Under the pieces are notes generated by a model. That model saw only the letters and a program-made list of their open reading frames with translations. It did not search any database and was not told the DNA's origin. This document shows, in pieces, positions 29,957 through 39,122 of a stretch of DNA of 64,000 bases. The position numbers and the translations under genes were made by a program. Position 1 is the first letter of the stretch. The number at the start of each line of letters is the position of its first letter. This DNA is from SAR324 cluster bacterium JCVI-SC AAA005 (lineage in GTDB: Bacteria > SAR324 > NAC60-12): positions 21,555 to 85,554 of the forward strand of contig AGAU01000068.1 in NCBI GenBank assembly GCA_000224765.2, written 5' to 3'.

Positions 29957-31090
29957 TCAATTGTGGGTGACCTCTCGTCCTTTACGCCAGTCGGAAGTTC
30001 TGAAGGAGTATCCTACCCCACGCTCAGTACTGATAAATTTCGGCTCAAAACCTTGGTCAATCTTTTTTCGTAAGCGAGCGATCAAGGTGTCTACTACTCT
30101 TGCTTCAGGCTCATAATCATGTCCCCAAACCGTGTTTAGGATCATATCCTTACTCAGGATTCGATTCGGGTTCTTCATGAAATAGAGCAACATCCGATAT
30201 TCTTTTCGGTTTAGATAGATGGTGCTGGATCCTCTCCGAACTTCCTTGTTTGACAAATTGATGGTCAGATTATGTGCAGTGAGCAGCGAGTACTCATCCT
30301 GCTCATTATAGGTTCGTAGAAAAACAATCACTTCTTTGCTTTCACCTGGATATCCCTGCAGTTCATAGCGTGTTAATTCGAAGTCTTCATTTCGAGTGCT
30401 GTAGCTGACTTCCTCATCCGTATTTGATTCACGAACAAGATGGGTCAGTTGTGAGATCTGACGCCGCAAATTTTCTGGTAGCGGCAGTTCTCTAAGAAAC
30501 TTGCCCTTGGTGCCCGGTGGTCCCAACAAGCATTCAGGATCGTTTTTGTAATCAAGTAGGATATTGTCTTGATCAAAGCGCATGATCAGATGGGGAAATG
30601 CCTCTACCAAAATTCGATTCATACGTTCCTGCTGACGGAGCTGCATTTCAATCCGTCGGCGTTCCTGAATCTCTTCTAAAAGGGATCGCTCATAGTTTCT
30701 TGCATGCAGGACAGAACGTAAGCGAACCTGCATTTCAACGAGGTTAACTGGTTTGTTCAGGAACTCTTTGGCTCCCTTCTGAAAACACTGTAAGAAAACT
30801 GTACGATCTTCATCCGCTGTAATTACTACCACGGGCAAATTTAGCAAGCGAACTTCTTGCATCAAATCAAGTGCAGAGTGGGGAGAGTCCAAGTAGAAAT
30901 CAACCAGCAGCATATCGTAGGTGTGTCGCTGTATAAATGTAATCGCCTCAGCATAACTGGCTGCAGAGTCGACCTGGTAGCATTCGCTATCAATTTGAAG
31001 CAACATCTGCTCAACGATCAGGCGTTGTTCCTCAGAGTCCTCAACAAGCAATAGACGATACGAAGCTTGAGATTCCATAGCACTCACCAA
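29957..31090 (-). CDS. Response regulator: REC, then a coiled-coil/PAS-like insert, then an OmpR-type winged helix
   Basis: REC: LLLVEDSEEQ...MLLVDFYLD...LNKPV. About 150 aa of insert. C-terminal LNRKEYRMLLYFMKNPNRILSKDMILNTVWG...VDTLIARLRKKI...ERGVGYSF. The start could be GTG 31090 or ATG 31078. Confidence 0.8.
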   Translation of the reverse strand: MVSAMESQASYRLLLVEDSEEQRLIVEQMLLQIDSECYQVDSAASYAEAITFIQRHTYDMLLVDFYLDSPHSALDLMQEVRLLNLPVVVITADEDRTVFLQCFQKGAKEFLNKPVNLVEMQVRLRSVLHARNYERSLLEEIQERRRIEMQLRQQERMNRILVEAFPHLIMRFDQDNILLDYKNDPECLLGPPGTKGKFLRELPLPENLRRQISQLTHLVRESNTDEEVSYSTRNEDFELTRYELQGYPGESKEVIVFLRTYNEQDEYSLLTAHNLTINLSNKEVRRGSSTIYLNRKEYRMLLYFMKNPNRILSKDMILNTVWGHDYEPEARVVDTLIARLRKKIDQGFEPKFISTERGVGYSFRTSDWRKGREVTHN

Positions 31091-31212
31091 AATTAATTAC
31101 AGTTTTCGTTAGGAAGATAATTTTAGAGGAACCAGACACTAAACTAACGCTATTGCAATAAAATTCAACTCGTCAGCAAAAAAGTGAATTTTTAAACAGG
31201 TAAAAAATAGTG

Positions 31213-33081
31213 TTAAAACTCCAGAAATGTTAGAAAATCTTTGGCATCAGGGATAATACCCGCATGACGTCGAATTTCCTGATCATTAGCATTCAGAACA
31301 ACGTAAAAGGGAAGAGCCAAGGTGCTAAAGCGCTCCATTTGCAGCTCCTGGTTCGCCTCCTTGAAGGCCCCCCCATCTGTATAGAGTTGGGCAAGTACAA
31401 ACTCCTTTTGAAAAACCTTCAACACTTCTTGTTTGACAAAAACACTTTTTTCCATCCAGCGGCAATTAACGCAGGTATACCCAGTAAAATCTAAAAATAG
31501 AGGCTTTTGGGTTTTCTGAGCAACAGCAAGGGCTTCAGGAAAATTATCATGCCAGACCAAACCGGCCTCCGCTGAAAGTTTTTCAAAATCACCAGTCCCT
31601 TGGATTGGTGGTGGTAGATAGCTCTCAACCAGCGGATTTAGTTCCTTCCCAACCACACCTGATCCGAAGTAGATCCCGAAAATTAAGAAAATGGTCCCAA
31701 AACTGAGATGACCTAATCCTCTGCGGCCAATTCGGATTCTTTTGATGGTTAATCTTCCCATTAGAAATGCTGCGATAACAACCATCAGGATCGCCCAAGC
31801 CCCTAGAACTACCTCACGATCCAGCACTCCCCATTGCCAAACCAAATCGGCGTTACTGAAGAACTTCCAGGCAATCCCCAACTCCAAAATCCCTAGAACA
31901 ATCTTGAGGTGTTCCATCCAGTTACCCGAAAGGCTTCGGGAACGGCGAATCAGGGTTGGGAAGAGACCCAAGAGAATGAACGGTAGTGCAAATACTGTTG
32001 AGAACACCAACATCCCAATGATTGGCAGAAACCACTCTCCCTTAGCAGCTGCCAATAGTAAAGTACCCACGAACTGAATTGTGCAGGTGAAGGCAGTGAA
32101 GGTAAATGCCACACCAATTAAGAAGATGCCCGCCAGACCTGTAGTCTTTCTGGAAAAAGAGTCCAGCCGGTTGATCAACGCAGGGGGCAGACTGAAATCT
32201 AAGAAACCGATCAAGCTCACCGCAAACAGCACAAAGAGTATGCCAATAGCTAAGTTCAACCATGGATTCGAAGCCAATTGAACAATACCTGTAGCTCCAA
32301 ACAGCAGGGACATTCCCATGCCCAAGGTCGTGTAGGTTCCTACTAACCCAAGGGCAAAGGTAGCAACAAGGCAAAGAGACGCACCACGAGATTGTTGAGC
32401 TTGAACTGTAAAAAAAGAAACGGTGATTGGAATCATTGGTAGGACGCAGGGAGTCAACAAGGCGAAAAAACCTGCCAACACTGCTAAACCCAGAAAACCA
32501 AGTAGGCTAGTTGCTTCCTCTACATTACCAGCCCTGCTCATATCTGGATTAATGCTGAAATTAGGCACAGAGTATTCCGAGCGCACGCTACCCGATGTGA
32601 TTGCGGCAGGAATAGAGAATTTCACTTCATCAGGTGGCAAACAAACTCGGTCACTACATGCCTGAAATGTGATGCGGCCAACGCCATTACTATTTCTACT
32701 CTCAGTGCTAGGCACCTTGAAATTTTGGTAAAAACTGCAATCACCCTTGTGATAACTTAGTACCATTCCCAATACAGGATCAGGTTCTGAAATTGGATTG
32801 GTTTCGTAAAATGGTCCTAAAGCCTCCCAATTTCCAGCGTCCCATTCCAATTTTGAGGCAATTGGAGCGAATTCTTCCTTGGATGGAACTACCGAGTAAA
32901 TTTTCCAACCTTTCTTAATCTGAGCAGTCACCACGATCCGAACATATTCCCCTGATCGAGGATCGCTTGGTTCTAGCGCACTCTGAACTCTTACGATAAT
33001 TTCTGGAATTTCAGGATCATCGAATTGAGCCGTAGCCGAAAGTGGCCAGAAAAAAAGGAGCAACAGGAGCAGATTTCGCAT
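31213..33081 (-). CDS. dsbD: Thiol:disulfide interchange protein DsbD family
   Basis: Signal peptide. N-terminal FQACSDRVCLPP. TM core with LTPCVLPMIP and FTCTIQF. C-terminal thioredoxin motif YTCVNCRWME. Confidence 0.85.
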   Translation of the reverse strand: MRNLLLLLLFFWPLSATAQFDDPEIPEIIVRVQSALEPSDPRSGEYVRIVVTAQIKKGWKIYSVVPSKEEFAPIASKLEWDAGNWEALGPFYETNPISEPDPVLGMVLSYHKGDCSFYQNFKVPSTESRNSNGVGRITFQACSDRVCLPPDEVKFSIPAAITSGSVRSEYSVPNFSINPDMSRAGNVEEATSLLGFLGLAVLAGFFALLTPCVLPMIPITVSFFTVQAQQSRGASLCLVATFALGLVGTYTTLGMGMSLLFGATGIVQLASNPWLNLAIGILFVLFAVSLIGFLDFSLPPALINRLDSFSRKTTGLAGIFLIGVAFTFTAFTCTIQFVGTLLLAAAKGEWFLPIIGMLVFSTVFALPFILLGLFPTLIRRSRSLSGNWMEHLKIVLGILELGIAWKFFSNADLVWQWGVLDREVVLGAWAILMVVIAAFLMGRLTIKRIRIGRRGLGHLSFGTIFLIFGIYFGSGVVGKELNPLVESYLPPPIQGTGDFEKLSAEAGLVWHDNFPEALAVAQKTQKPLFLDFTGYTCVNCRWMEKSVFVKQEVLKVFQKEFVLAQLYTDGGAFKEANQELQMERFSTLALPFYVVLNANDQEIRRHAGIIPDAKDFLTFLEF

Positions 33082-33128
33082 TTTTCAGTTCAAGTTTGTA
33101 GGAGATGGGCTCGACTGTCTCGAAGACT

Positions 33129-33521
33129 TTAGTCCAGATAGTCAGCATAGGAATCAACAGTTAGGAACCCCACAATTGATGAGGAGATTTATTGGCCATC
33201 TGGCCCAAAAAAAATCAAAGTGGGCGTTACATCTACTTGGTAGTGTTGAACCAAATCCCGATTACTGATTATTTTTTCCATCAAAATTGGTTAGTTTTGT
33301 CTCTGGCTCGTCATGTCGCACACGAAAGAATTGGGAAATCCGCTCATAGTCTCCGCTGCGCAAAACTGGACCCAACACCTCGCGATCCAATGCCTGACAA
33401 TACATACAGTATTCCGCTGAAGTATTCGCAAAACTAGAATCACTTCACCTTCACTACCACAGGTAGTTACAAAAATTCCCAGGGAAAAAAGAAGTTGATT
33501 TTCAATTTCAGATTTTTTCAT
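33129..33521 (-). pseudogene. Thioredoxin-fold lipoprotein (Thioredoxin_7/TlpA-like), decayed by 2 frameshifts and 1 in-frame TAA
   Basis: Three minus-strand frames join into one protein: MKKSEIENQLLFSLGIFVTTCGSEGEVILV | FANTSAEYCMYCQALDREVLGPVLRSGDYERISQFFRVRHDEPETKLTNFDGK | IISNRDLVQHYQVDVTPTLIFFGPDGQ[TAA 33191-33189]ISSSIVGFLTVDSYADYLD*. The shifts fall at homopolymers 33430-33433 and 33272-33277. Confidence 0.75.
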
Positions 33522-33610
33522 CTGTTTTACCAATTTTGGAATTCTTGCTAGATTATCTGTCTTCACCAAAAGCTGGTTTGATTTTTTCAAAATACAAATG
33601 CAGTAAATTA

Positions 33611-33700
33611 GACTAATTAATAATTTTTCTGGTTTCAATAATTGTTGGCGAACCTTTGAAGTCAGTGGGTTTTCTCTAAATTATTCTTTTTTAATTAGTC
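33611..33700. repeat. 10-bp perfect inverted repeat pair in the AT-rich spacer upstream of the HDAC-family gene
   Basis: GACTAATTAA at 33611-33620 and TTAATTAGTC at 33691-33700. Confidence 0.5.
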
Positions 33701-33734
33701 AAAGGTTTTATCGATCACAACAAAAGAGTTATAA

Positions 33735-34694
33735 ATGCCCTCAGCCCTTCCTCTAATATACCATCCAGACTACGATATCCCTGAATGGAATGAGGAACAT
33801 CGCTTTCCAATGTCCAAGTTTCGACGATTGTACAAGATCATCTCTGAAGAAAAGAGCCTTAGTCCAGTGGAATTCCATCAACCTGAGGTTGCATCCACAG
33901 ATCATCTGCAAGCAGTGCACACATTGGATTACATCCAGCAATTTATGGAAAATCGTCTGGACAAATCTGCTGCCCGGCGAATCGGACTACCTTGGACAGA
34001 GGGATTAGCTCGTCGGACCATCACGGCCATAGGAGGAACGATCTTGACGTTACAGCTAGCTCTCAAACATGGCTTAGCCTGCAATCTTGGGGGCGGAACG
34101 CACCATGCCTTTCCAGATTTTGGTTCAGGTTTTTGCATCTTCAACGATGCTTCTGTAGCAGCACGGATGCTACTCCAAGAAGGCTCAGTTCAGCAAATCC
34201 TGATCGTTGACCTGGATGTCCACCAAGGGGACGGTACAGCCTTCATTCATCAGGATGAAGTTGCAGTGTTTACTTTCTCGATGCATTGCCAGTCAAATTT
34301 TCCATTCCGCAAACAACACAGTGATCTGGACGTGCCGCTTCCTGAGAATCTAGATGATGACAGCTACCTGCGAATTCTTAGAGCAAACTTGCCAGAATTG
34401 TTAGATCGTACCGAGCCTGATTTGGTAATTTATAATGCGGGAGTTGATCCTTTCAAGGATGATCCATTAGGGAAGTTGAACCTGACATGGGAGGGGCTCC
34501 AAGCACGCGATCAGTATGTGATGGAGTGTTGCCTGAATGTGGGAGCACCTGTCGGGTGCGTCATCGGGGGTGGCTACAGCAAGGATCATGAGGAACTAGC
34601 TTGGCGTCACTCCCTCGTACATCGATCTGCAGCCAAAATCTACCAGGAACGTTTTGCAATTACTCCGTTCCAAAATTCTCCTGCCGTTGCTTAG
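33735..34694 (+). CDS. Histone deacetylase-family (class II-like / acetoin utilisation) deacetylase
   Basis: GGGTHHAFPDFGSGFCIFND, DLDVHQGDGT, YNAGVDPFKDDPLG. Confidence 0.88.
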   Translation: MPSALPLIYHPDYDIPEWNEEHRFPMSKFRRLYKIISEEKSLSPVEFHQPEVASTDHLQAVHTLDYIQQFMENRLDKSAARRIGLPWTEGLARRTITAIGGTILTLQLALKHGLACNLGGGTHHAFPDFGSGFCIFNDASVAARMLLQEGSVQQILIVDLDVHQGDGTAFIHQDEVAVFTFSMHCQSNFPFRKQHSDLDVPLPENLDDDSYLRILRANLPELLDRTEPDLVIYNAGVDPFKDDPLGKLNLTWEGLQARDQYVMECCLNVGAPVGCVIGGGYSKDHEELAWRHSLVHRSAAKIYQERFAITPFQNSPAVA

Positions 34695-35238
34695 CCAACC
34701 ACTCTCCCAAGAAGAGTTGATCGGGTTCCGGTAACCGATATCCGGGTTCCAACAATAAATTCTGGATCAGGGGGGTCACACCTAGCGCCAACTCATCAGC
34801 CCAGTTGGAGGAGGGAACCATTTTGGCGACATAATGGAGGTTGCCCACTCCAAGCTGCCGTTGGAAGTTGAATCGGTGAACCTCGTATCCCTGTTCAATA
34901 AAGTTCAGATCAAACTGCGAGGCACGCCAGTCAAAATCCATCTCGAAGCTACCGTCTTCTTTCAAGGCACGGAGTAATCTTGCGCGGGGGATGAAGTTTC
35001 CTGCCTCACTAGACTCGTTTCCAGCAAGGTTTCCATAAAACTCCTTGACGATGATGAAACCGCTTCCAATAGATTCTCTAGACACTGCATCCTCCATCTG
35101 CCCGGAGACTCTTCTAGTCGTCCATCCAAGGTCAAAGTCCAGAGCTTTAGAATAACAACCTGCAAGGCTGCTAATTATCAAGCACAACAGAGACTGTATC
35201 AGCGTGGTCTTCAATGAAAGAAATTTTCGATCTTTCAT
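34660..35238 (-). CDS. Hypothetical lipoprotein
   Basis: MKDRKFLSLKTTLIQSLLCLIISSLAGC lipobox. ATGA coupling with the upstream ABC ATPase. The 3' end overlaps the HDAC 3' end by 35 bp. Confidence 0.5.
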   Translation of the reverse strand: MKDRKFLSLKTTLIQSLLCLIISSLAGCYSKALDFDLGWTTRRVSGQMEDAVSRESIGSGFIIVKEFYGNLAGNESSEAGNFIPRARLLRALKEDGSFEMDFDWRASQFDLNFIEQGYEVHRFNFQRQLGVGNLHYVAKMVPSSNWADELALGVTPLIQNLLLEPGYRLPEPDQLFLGEWLAKQRQENFGTE

Positions 35239-36185
35239 GATGGCTTTACTGCATGGCAAGCAGCCCAATGCCCTTTGCTAAGGCTGCTCCATTGAGGCAC
35301 TCTTTGGTAGCAGACAGCCTGGGATTCTGAACAACGATTGACGAATGGACAGCCCTTAATATACGCGTCCTCTGCCTCAACGGGAGCAATTGGCAACCCG
35401 GTCTCTCTTTTTGCGTAAGATGGCAAGCTATCCAACAATAATCTTGTATAGGGGTGTCGGGCTTGATCCAGCTGTTTTTTTTGCAATTCTTCCATCAACC
35501 TTCCACGATACAATACAAAAATGCGGTCACAGAGTTGGTCAACCACCGCGAGATCATGAGAAATGAAAAGCAGTGTAAGGTTGCGTTCTTTGCGAAGTTG
35601 TTTAAGGAGGTTCAGAATTTGAGCCTGAATGGAGACATCAAGCGCAGAGACGGGCTCATCAGCGACCAACATTTCTGGACTAGCAGCAAGGGCACGGGCA
35701 ATGGCGATTCTTTGTCGCTGTCCCCCACTGAATTCGTGCGCATACTTATCCAGTGCATTGGCTGGCAATCCAACTTCATCAAGAAGCTTTTTGAGCTTGG
35801 AAGTCGTTGCAGATTCTGATTGGTGCAAGTTCCACATTTCTCGGAGAAGAAAACCAATTCTCAGCTTCGGATTTAGTGAGGAAAATGGATCCTGAAAAAT
35901 CATCTGTACACGACGGTAGTACTCGCGCGCTTTGTATTTGTGAATATCCTCACCAGAAAACTGAATCTGACCCTTGGTTTGCTCGTAAATTCGCAACAAT
36001 AATCGCGCTAATGTCGATTTTCCACAGCCTGATTCACCGACAAGACCTACAATTTCCTGGGGCTGAATTACTAAATTGATATCTTGCAGTACAGGGGAGG
36101 AGTTTACGGTCTGCTTCAGCAGACCGCGTTTTTCCGGAAAGGAATGAAAGAGGTGCTGCACCTGCAGCAAAGGACAGTCAGACAA
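35235..36185 (-). CDS. ABC transporter ATP-binding protein, OppF/DppF type; orphan
   Basis: GESGCGKST, FSGGQRQRIAIARA, LVADEPVSALD, and a C-terminal Cys-rich oligopeptide-type extension (GCPFVNRCSES..C). Confidence 0.85.
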   Translation of the reverse strand: MSDCPLLQVQHLFHSFPEKRGLLKQTVNSSPVLQDINLVIQPQEIVGLVGESGCGKSTLARLLLRIYEQTKGQIQFSGEDIHKYKAREYYRRVQMIFQDPFSSLNPKLRIGFLLREMWNLHQSESATTSKLKKLLDEVGLPANALDKYAHEFSGGQRQRIAIARALAASPEMLVADEPVSALDVSIQAQILNLLKQLRKERNLTLLFISHDLAVVDQLCDRIFVLYRGRLMEELQKKQLDQARHPYTRLLLDSLPSYAKRETGLPIAPVEAEDAYIKGCPFVNRCSESQAVCYQRVPQWSSLSKGHWAACHAVKPS

Positions 36186-36193
36186 GACAGTGC

Positions 36194-36496
36194 TTACTCG
36201 CGTTTGTCACCAATTTTTTCATCGGGACGCGTCACCTCGGAGATACGGATTCCGTAGCGTTCGTTCACAACCACGACCTCACCGCGCGCCATTAATCTCT
36301 CGTTGACAACCACATCCATGGGTTCGCCAACAACCTTCATAAATTCGATAACTGAGCCCTTTTTCAGAGCCAGGATATCTCTGATGAGCATGTCGGTTCG
36401 TCCAATTTCCACGGACATGATCATCGGCACGTCTTCTATGAATTTGGTAGTGTGCAATACTCCAGAGGTATCACTACTCAATCCCAGACTACTCAT
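36194..36496 (-). CDS. fliN: FliN-like SpoA-domain protein (flagellar/T3SS C-ring family)
   Basis: VPMIMSVEIGRTDMLIRDILALKKGSVIEF...GEPMDVVVNERLMARGEVVVVNERYGIRISEV. Confidence 0.75.
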   Translation of the reverse strand: MSSLGLSSDTSGVLHTTKFIEDVPMIMSVEIGRTDMLIRDILALKKGSVIEFMKVVGEPMDVVVNERLMARGEVVVVNERYGIRISEVTRPDEKIGDKRE

Positions 36497-36618
36497 ACGG
36501 ACTCCTCATTATAGTAGTGGGTGTTCCAGGTAACACCCATAGAGTTAGTCAGCAGGATATGTACCAAGCAAAATTCGTCACGTGCTGGCGTGCATGCCAG
36601 GAAATGACCTCCATGTAC

Positions 36619-37929
36619 TCATGTGGCGATCGACAAAATGTCGTGGTACGTCACGAAAACCATTAACAACAATAACACCGAAAATCCTAACATCTGTGTT
36701 CGTTCTCGGGTCGCTGCACTCAGAGGCCCTCCCTTGATCTTCTCCACAAGGAGAAAGAAGATATGGCCCCCATCCAAAGCAGGAATCGGTAGTAAATTAA
36801 AAATTCCTAACTGCAAACTGATTACGGCAATTAGGAAGAACAATTCTCCCACTCCACTTCGAACAGCGTCACCAATAAACATGCCAATCCGGATTGGTCC
36901 ACCTAGATCATCTGTTGATCCCTGGCCGCTTAGCATTTGACCAAGAAAATTGAAGGTCGTTTGGGTCATAAAGATGACACGCTCTGCACCTAAACCGATG
37001 GCTTCCGCAAGAGCATAGGTTTCTCGCTCTGTACCCACCTGCAAGCCAAGCAAATAGCGACCAACTTCTAGCTCGTATCGAGGAGTTAGTTCCAACAGTT
37101 TGGTTTGTCCATTACGGATTAGTTCCACTGTCATGGGAATTGGATTGGCCGGGGATACAGGTTGGCTTTGCTGAACCAACCGAGAAATATCCGACCAGTC
37201 TCGTACATCTTCTCCACTCAGGCGCGTGATACGATCCCCAATTTCTAGGCCAGCTTCCTCAGCAGCCGAACCCGAACTAATGACTCCTATAACTGCAGGA
37301 ATATGAGGCACCCAACCGACTTCCCCGTAGTTCTGCACTTCCCGCATTGTGCTTTGTACTTGAACCTCTTTCCCGTTGCGCAGCACGGTCAAGGCAAGAG
37401 AGTCTGCAGGTGTCAGGGTTCCCCATTCGGATTGAAGTCCTCGCCAATTGCGAACCTCTCGACCATTGACAGCAATTACCTCATCTCCCGCTTGCAGACC
37501 AACTGAGGCTGCGAAGCTTTCTACCTTAACCTGTTGAACTACTGGTGGCGCCGACAGATATGCTGGAGCATCAACACCCACCAAATACACCAGTGGCATA
37601 AAGATGAAAGCAAAGACAAGGTTCATCGCAGGGCCAGCAACAAGAATGTAGAAGCGTTGCCAGACTGTCTTCGAAGCGTAGTTTTCAGGATCGTCGGGAT
37701 CTTCGTCCATGACATTTTGTCCAAACAAACGGACGTAACCTCCCAGCGGAATCCAACAGATTTGGTAATCCGTGTTGCCCCTACGAAAACCTGTCATCTT
37801 GGGGGGGAAGCCAATCGAGAAAGTTTCGACGCGAACATTGACGTGCCGAGCTGCGAGGTAATGTCCGAGCTCATGAATAAAAATCAGAAAACCCAGAACA
37901 ACAATGAAGGAAAGAACCGTAGTGATCAT
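36619..37929 (-). CDS. rseP: RIP zinc metalloprotease RseP
   Basis: HELGHYLAARH, PDZ region, NLLPIPALDGGH. Confidence 0.92.
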   Translation of the reverse strand: MITTVLSFIVVLGFLIFIHELGHYLAARHVNVRVETFSIGFPPKMTGFRRGNTDYQICWIPLGGYVRLFGQNVMDEDPDDPENYASKTVWQRFYILVAGPAMNLVFAFIFMPLVYLVGVDAPAYLSAPPVVQQVKVESFAASVGLQAGDEVIAVNGREVRNWRGLQSEWGTLTPADSLALTVLRNGKEVQVQSTMREVQNYGEVGWVPHIPAVIGVISSGSAAEEAGLEIGDRITRLSGEDVRDWSDISRLVQQSQPVSPANPIPMTVELIRNGQTKLLELTPRYELEVGRYLLGLQVGTERETYALAEAIGLGAERVIFMTQTTFNFLGQMLSGQGSTDDLGGPIRIGMFIGDAVRSGVGELFFLIAVISLQLGIFNLLPIPALDGGHIFFLLVEKIKGGPLSAATRERTQMLGFSVLLLLMVFVTYHDILSIAT

Positions 37930-39122
37930 GAAGTTGTTTCCAGCAATTGGCGGAGTTTAGATCGACCCCAGCGGTCCGCAGCCAGAGCATCATCCACCGA
38001 GTTGATGTATTGGAGATAATTTGGACATTCCGGTTTCTGTCGCCAGCGGCCAAAAAGCGACATCAGCCTTTGAAGATAACTTGCGATGTGGATGAAGCGC
38101 AACTCCTCATCTAAAAAAGCTTCCACAACTGCCTCATTTCCTCCATTCAAAACTGCCGGCGCGGCCCCACCCTGTCGCAAAGCTGCCAATGCCAAAGCAA
38201 AACAAGGGTAACGGACTGGATCAGGATTTTCAAAATGCAAAGAACCAAGTTCACATAGGTTTAGCCTCGGCAGTTTCAAAGGCAGGCGTTCTGGATAACC
38301 TAGGCAGTAGGCCAAGGGGATGCGCATATCTGGTTGTCCTAGTTGAGCAATCAAGGAACCATCAACATATTCGACCAGAGAGTGAACAATACTTTCACGA
38401 TGAATTACCACTTCAATTTTTTCCAACGGAATTCCAAAAAGCCAGTGAGCTTCAATCACTTCAAGACCCTTGTTCATCATTGTCGCTGAATCAATGGTGA
38501 TCTTGTTACCCATCTCCCAGTTGGGATGTTGTAGTGCATCTTTTTTGGTAATAGCTGAAAAATCATCCAGAGGCAGATCCCGAAAAGGACCTCCAGAGGC
38601 GGTAAGAATCAATGAAATCACATCTTCACGCCGATGACCAGCCAGTGACTGATAAATCGCATTATGTTCACTATCCATAGGTAGTATCAGGCTCCCACTG
38701 CGATGGGCAACCTGCATGAATAACTCCCCAGCGAGAACTAAGGACTCTTTATTACCGAATACTAAATCTTTTCCATATTCCAAAGCTTTGAGGCAGGGAG
38801 ATAATCCCGCACTGCCAACAATACCCGTGACCACCAAATCAACTTCGGGGTGTTGCACCAATTGGCAATTTCCTTGATCGCCTGAAAGAATTTCCAATTC
38901 AGATTCAGCGAACAGCTCTCTCAATTGAGTGACTTGGTCCGAGGCTTCAACGACTACCTGCTTCGGTGAAAACTCTTTGATCTGATCAACCAGCTTGTCG
39001 ATTGAACGCCGACAGCTCAGTGAGTGAATCTTGAAACGATCGGGGAACTGCCTAACGAGGCTGAGAGTACTTCTCCCTATGGAACCCGTAGAACCAAGTA
39101 GGGCAATGAATTTCGGATTCAT
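37926..39122 (-). CDS. dxr: 1-deoxy-D-xylulose-5-phosphate reductoisomerase
   Basis: LGSTGSIGRSTL, LPMDSEHNAIYQ, HPNWEMG. Confidence 0.95.
   Translation of the reverse strand: MNPKFIALLGSTGSIGRSTLSLVRQFPDRFKIHSLSCRRSIDKLVDQIKEFSPKQVVVEASDQVTQLRELFAESELEILSGDQGNCQLVQHPEVDLVVTGIVGSAGLSPCLKALEYGKDLVFGNKESLVLAGELFMQVAHRSGSLILPMDSEHNAIYQSLAGHRREDVISLILTASGGPFRDLPLDDFSAITKKDALQHPNWEMGNKITIDSATMMNKGLEVIEAHWLFGIPLEKIEVVIHRESIVHSLVEYVDGSLIAQLGQPDMRIPLAYCLGYPERLPLKLPRLNLCELGSLHFENPDPVRYPCFALALAALRQGGAAPAVLNGGNEAVVEAFLDEELRFIHIASYLQRLMSLFGRWRQKPECPNYLQYINSVDDALAADRWGRSKLRQLLETTS

Noticed and set aside
33192-33638. Track ORFs 33192-33437 (+) and 33291-33638 (-) as real genes
   Set aside because: They are better explained as frame fragments or antisense of the decayed thioredoxin-like gene. 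Only the first ~30 codons of the minus-strand ORF downstream of the internal Met at 33521 (signal peptide) belong to it.
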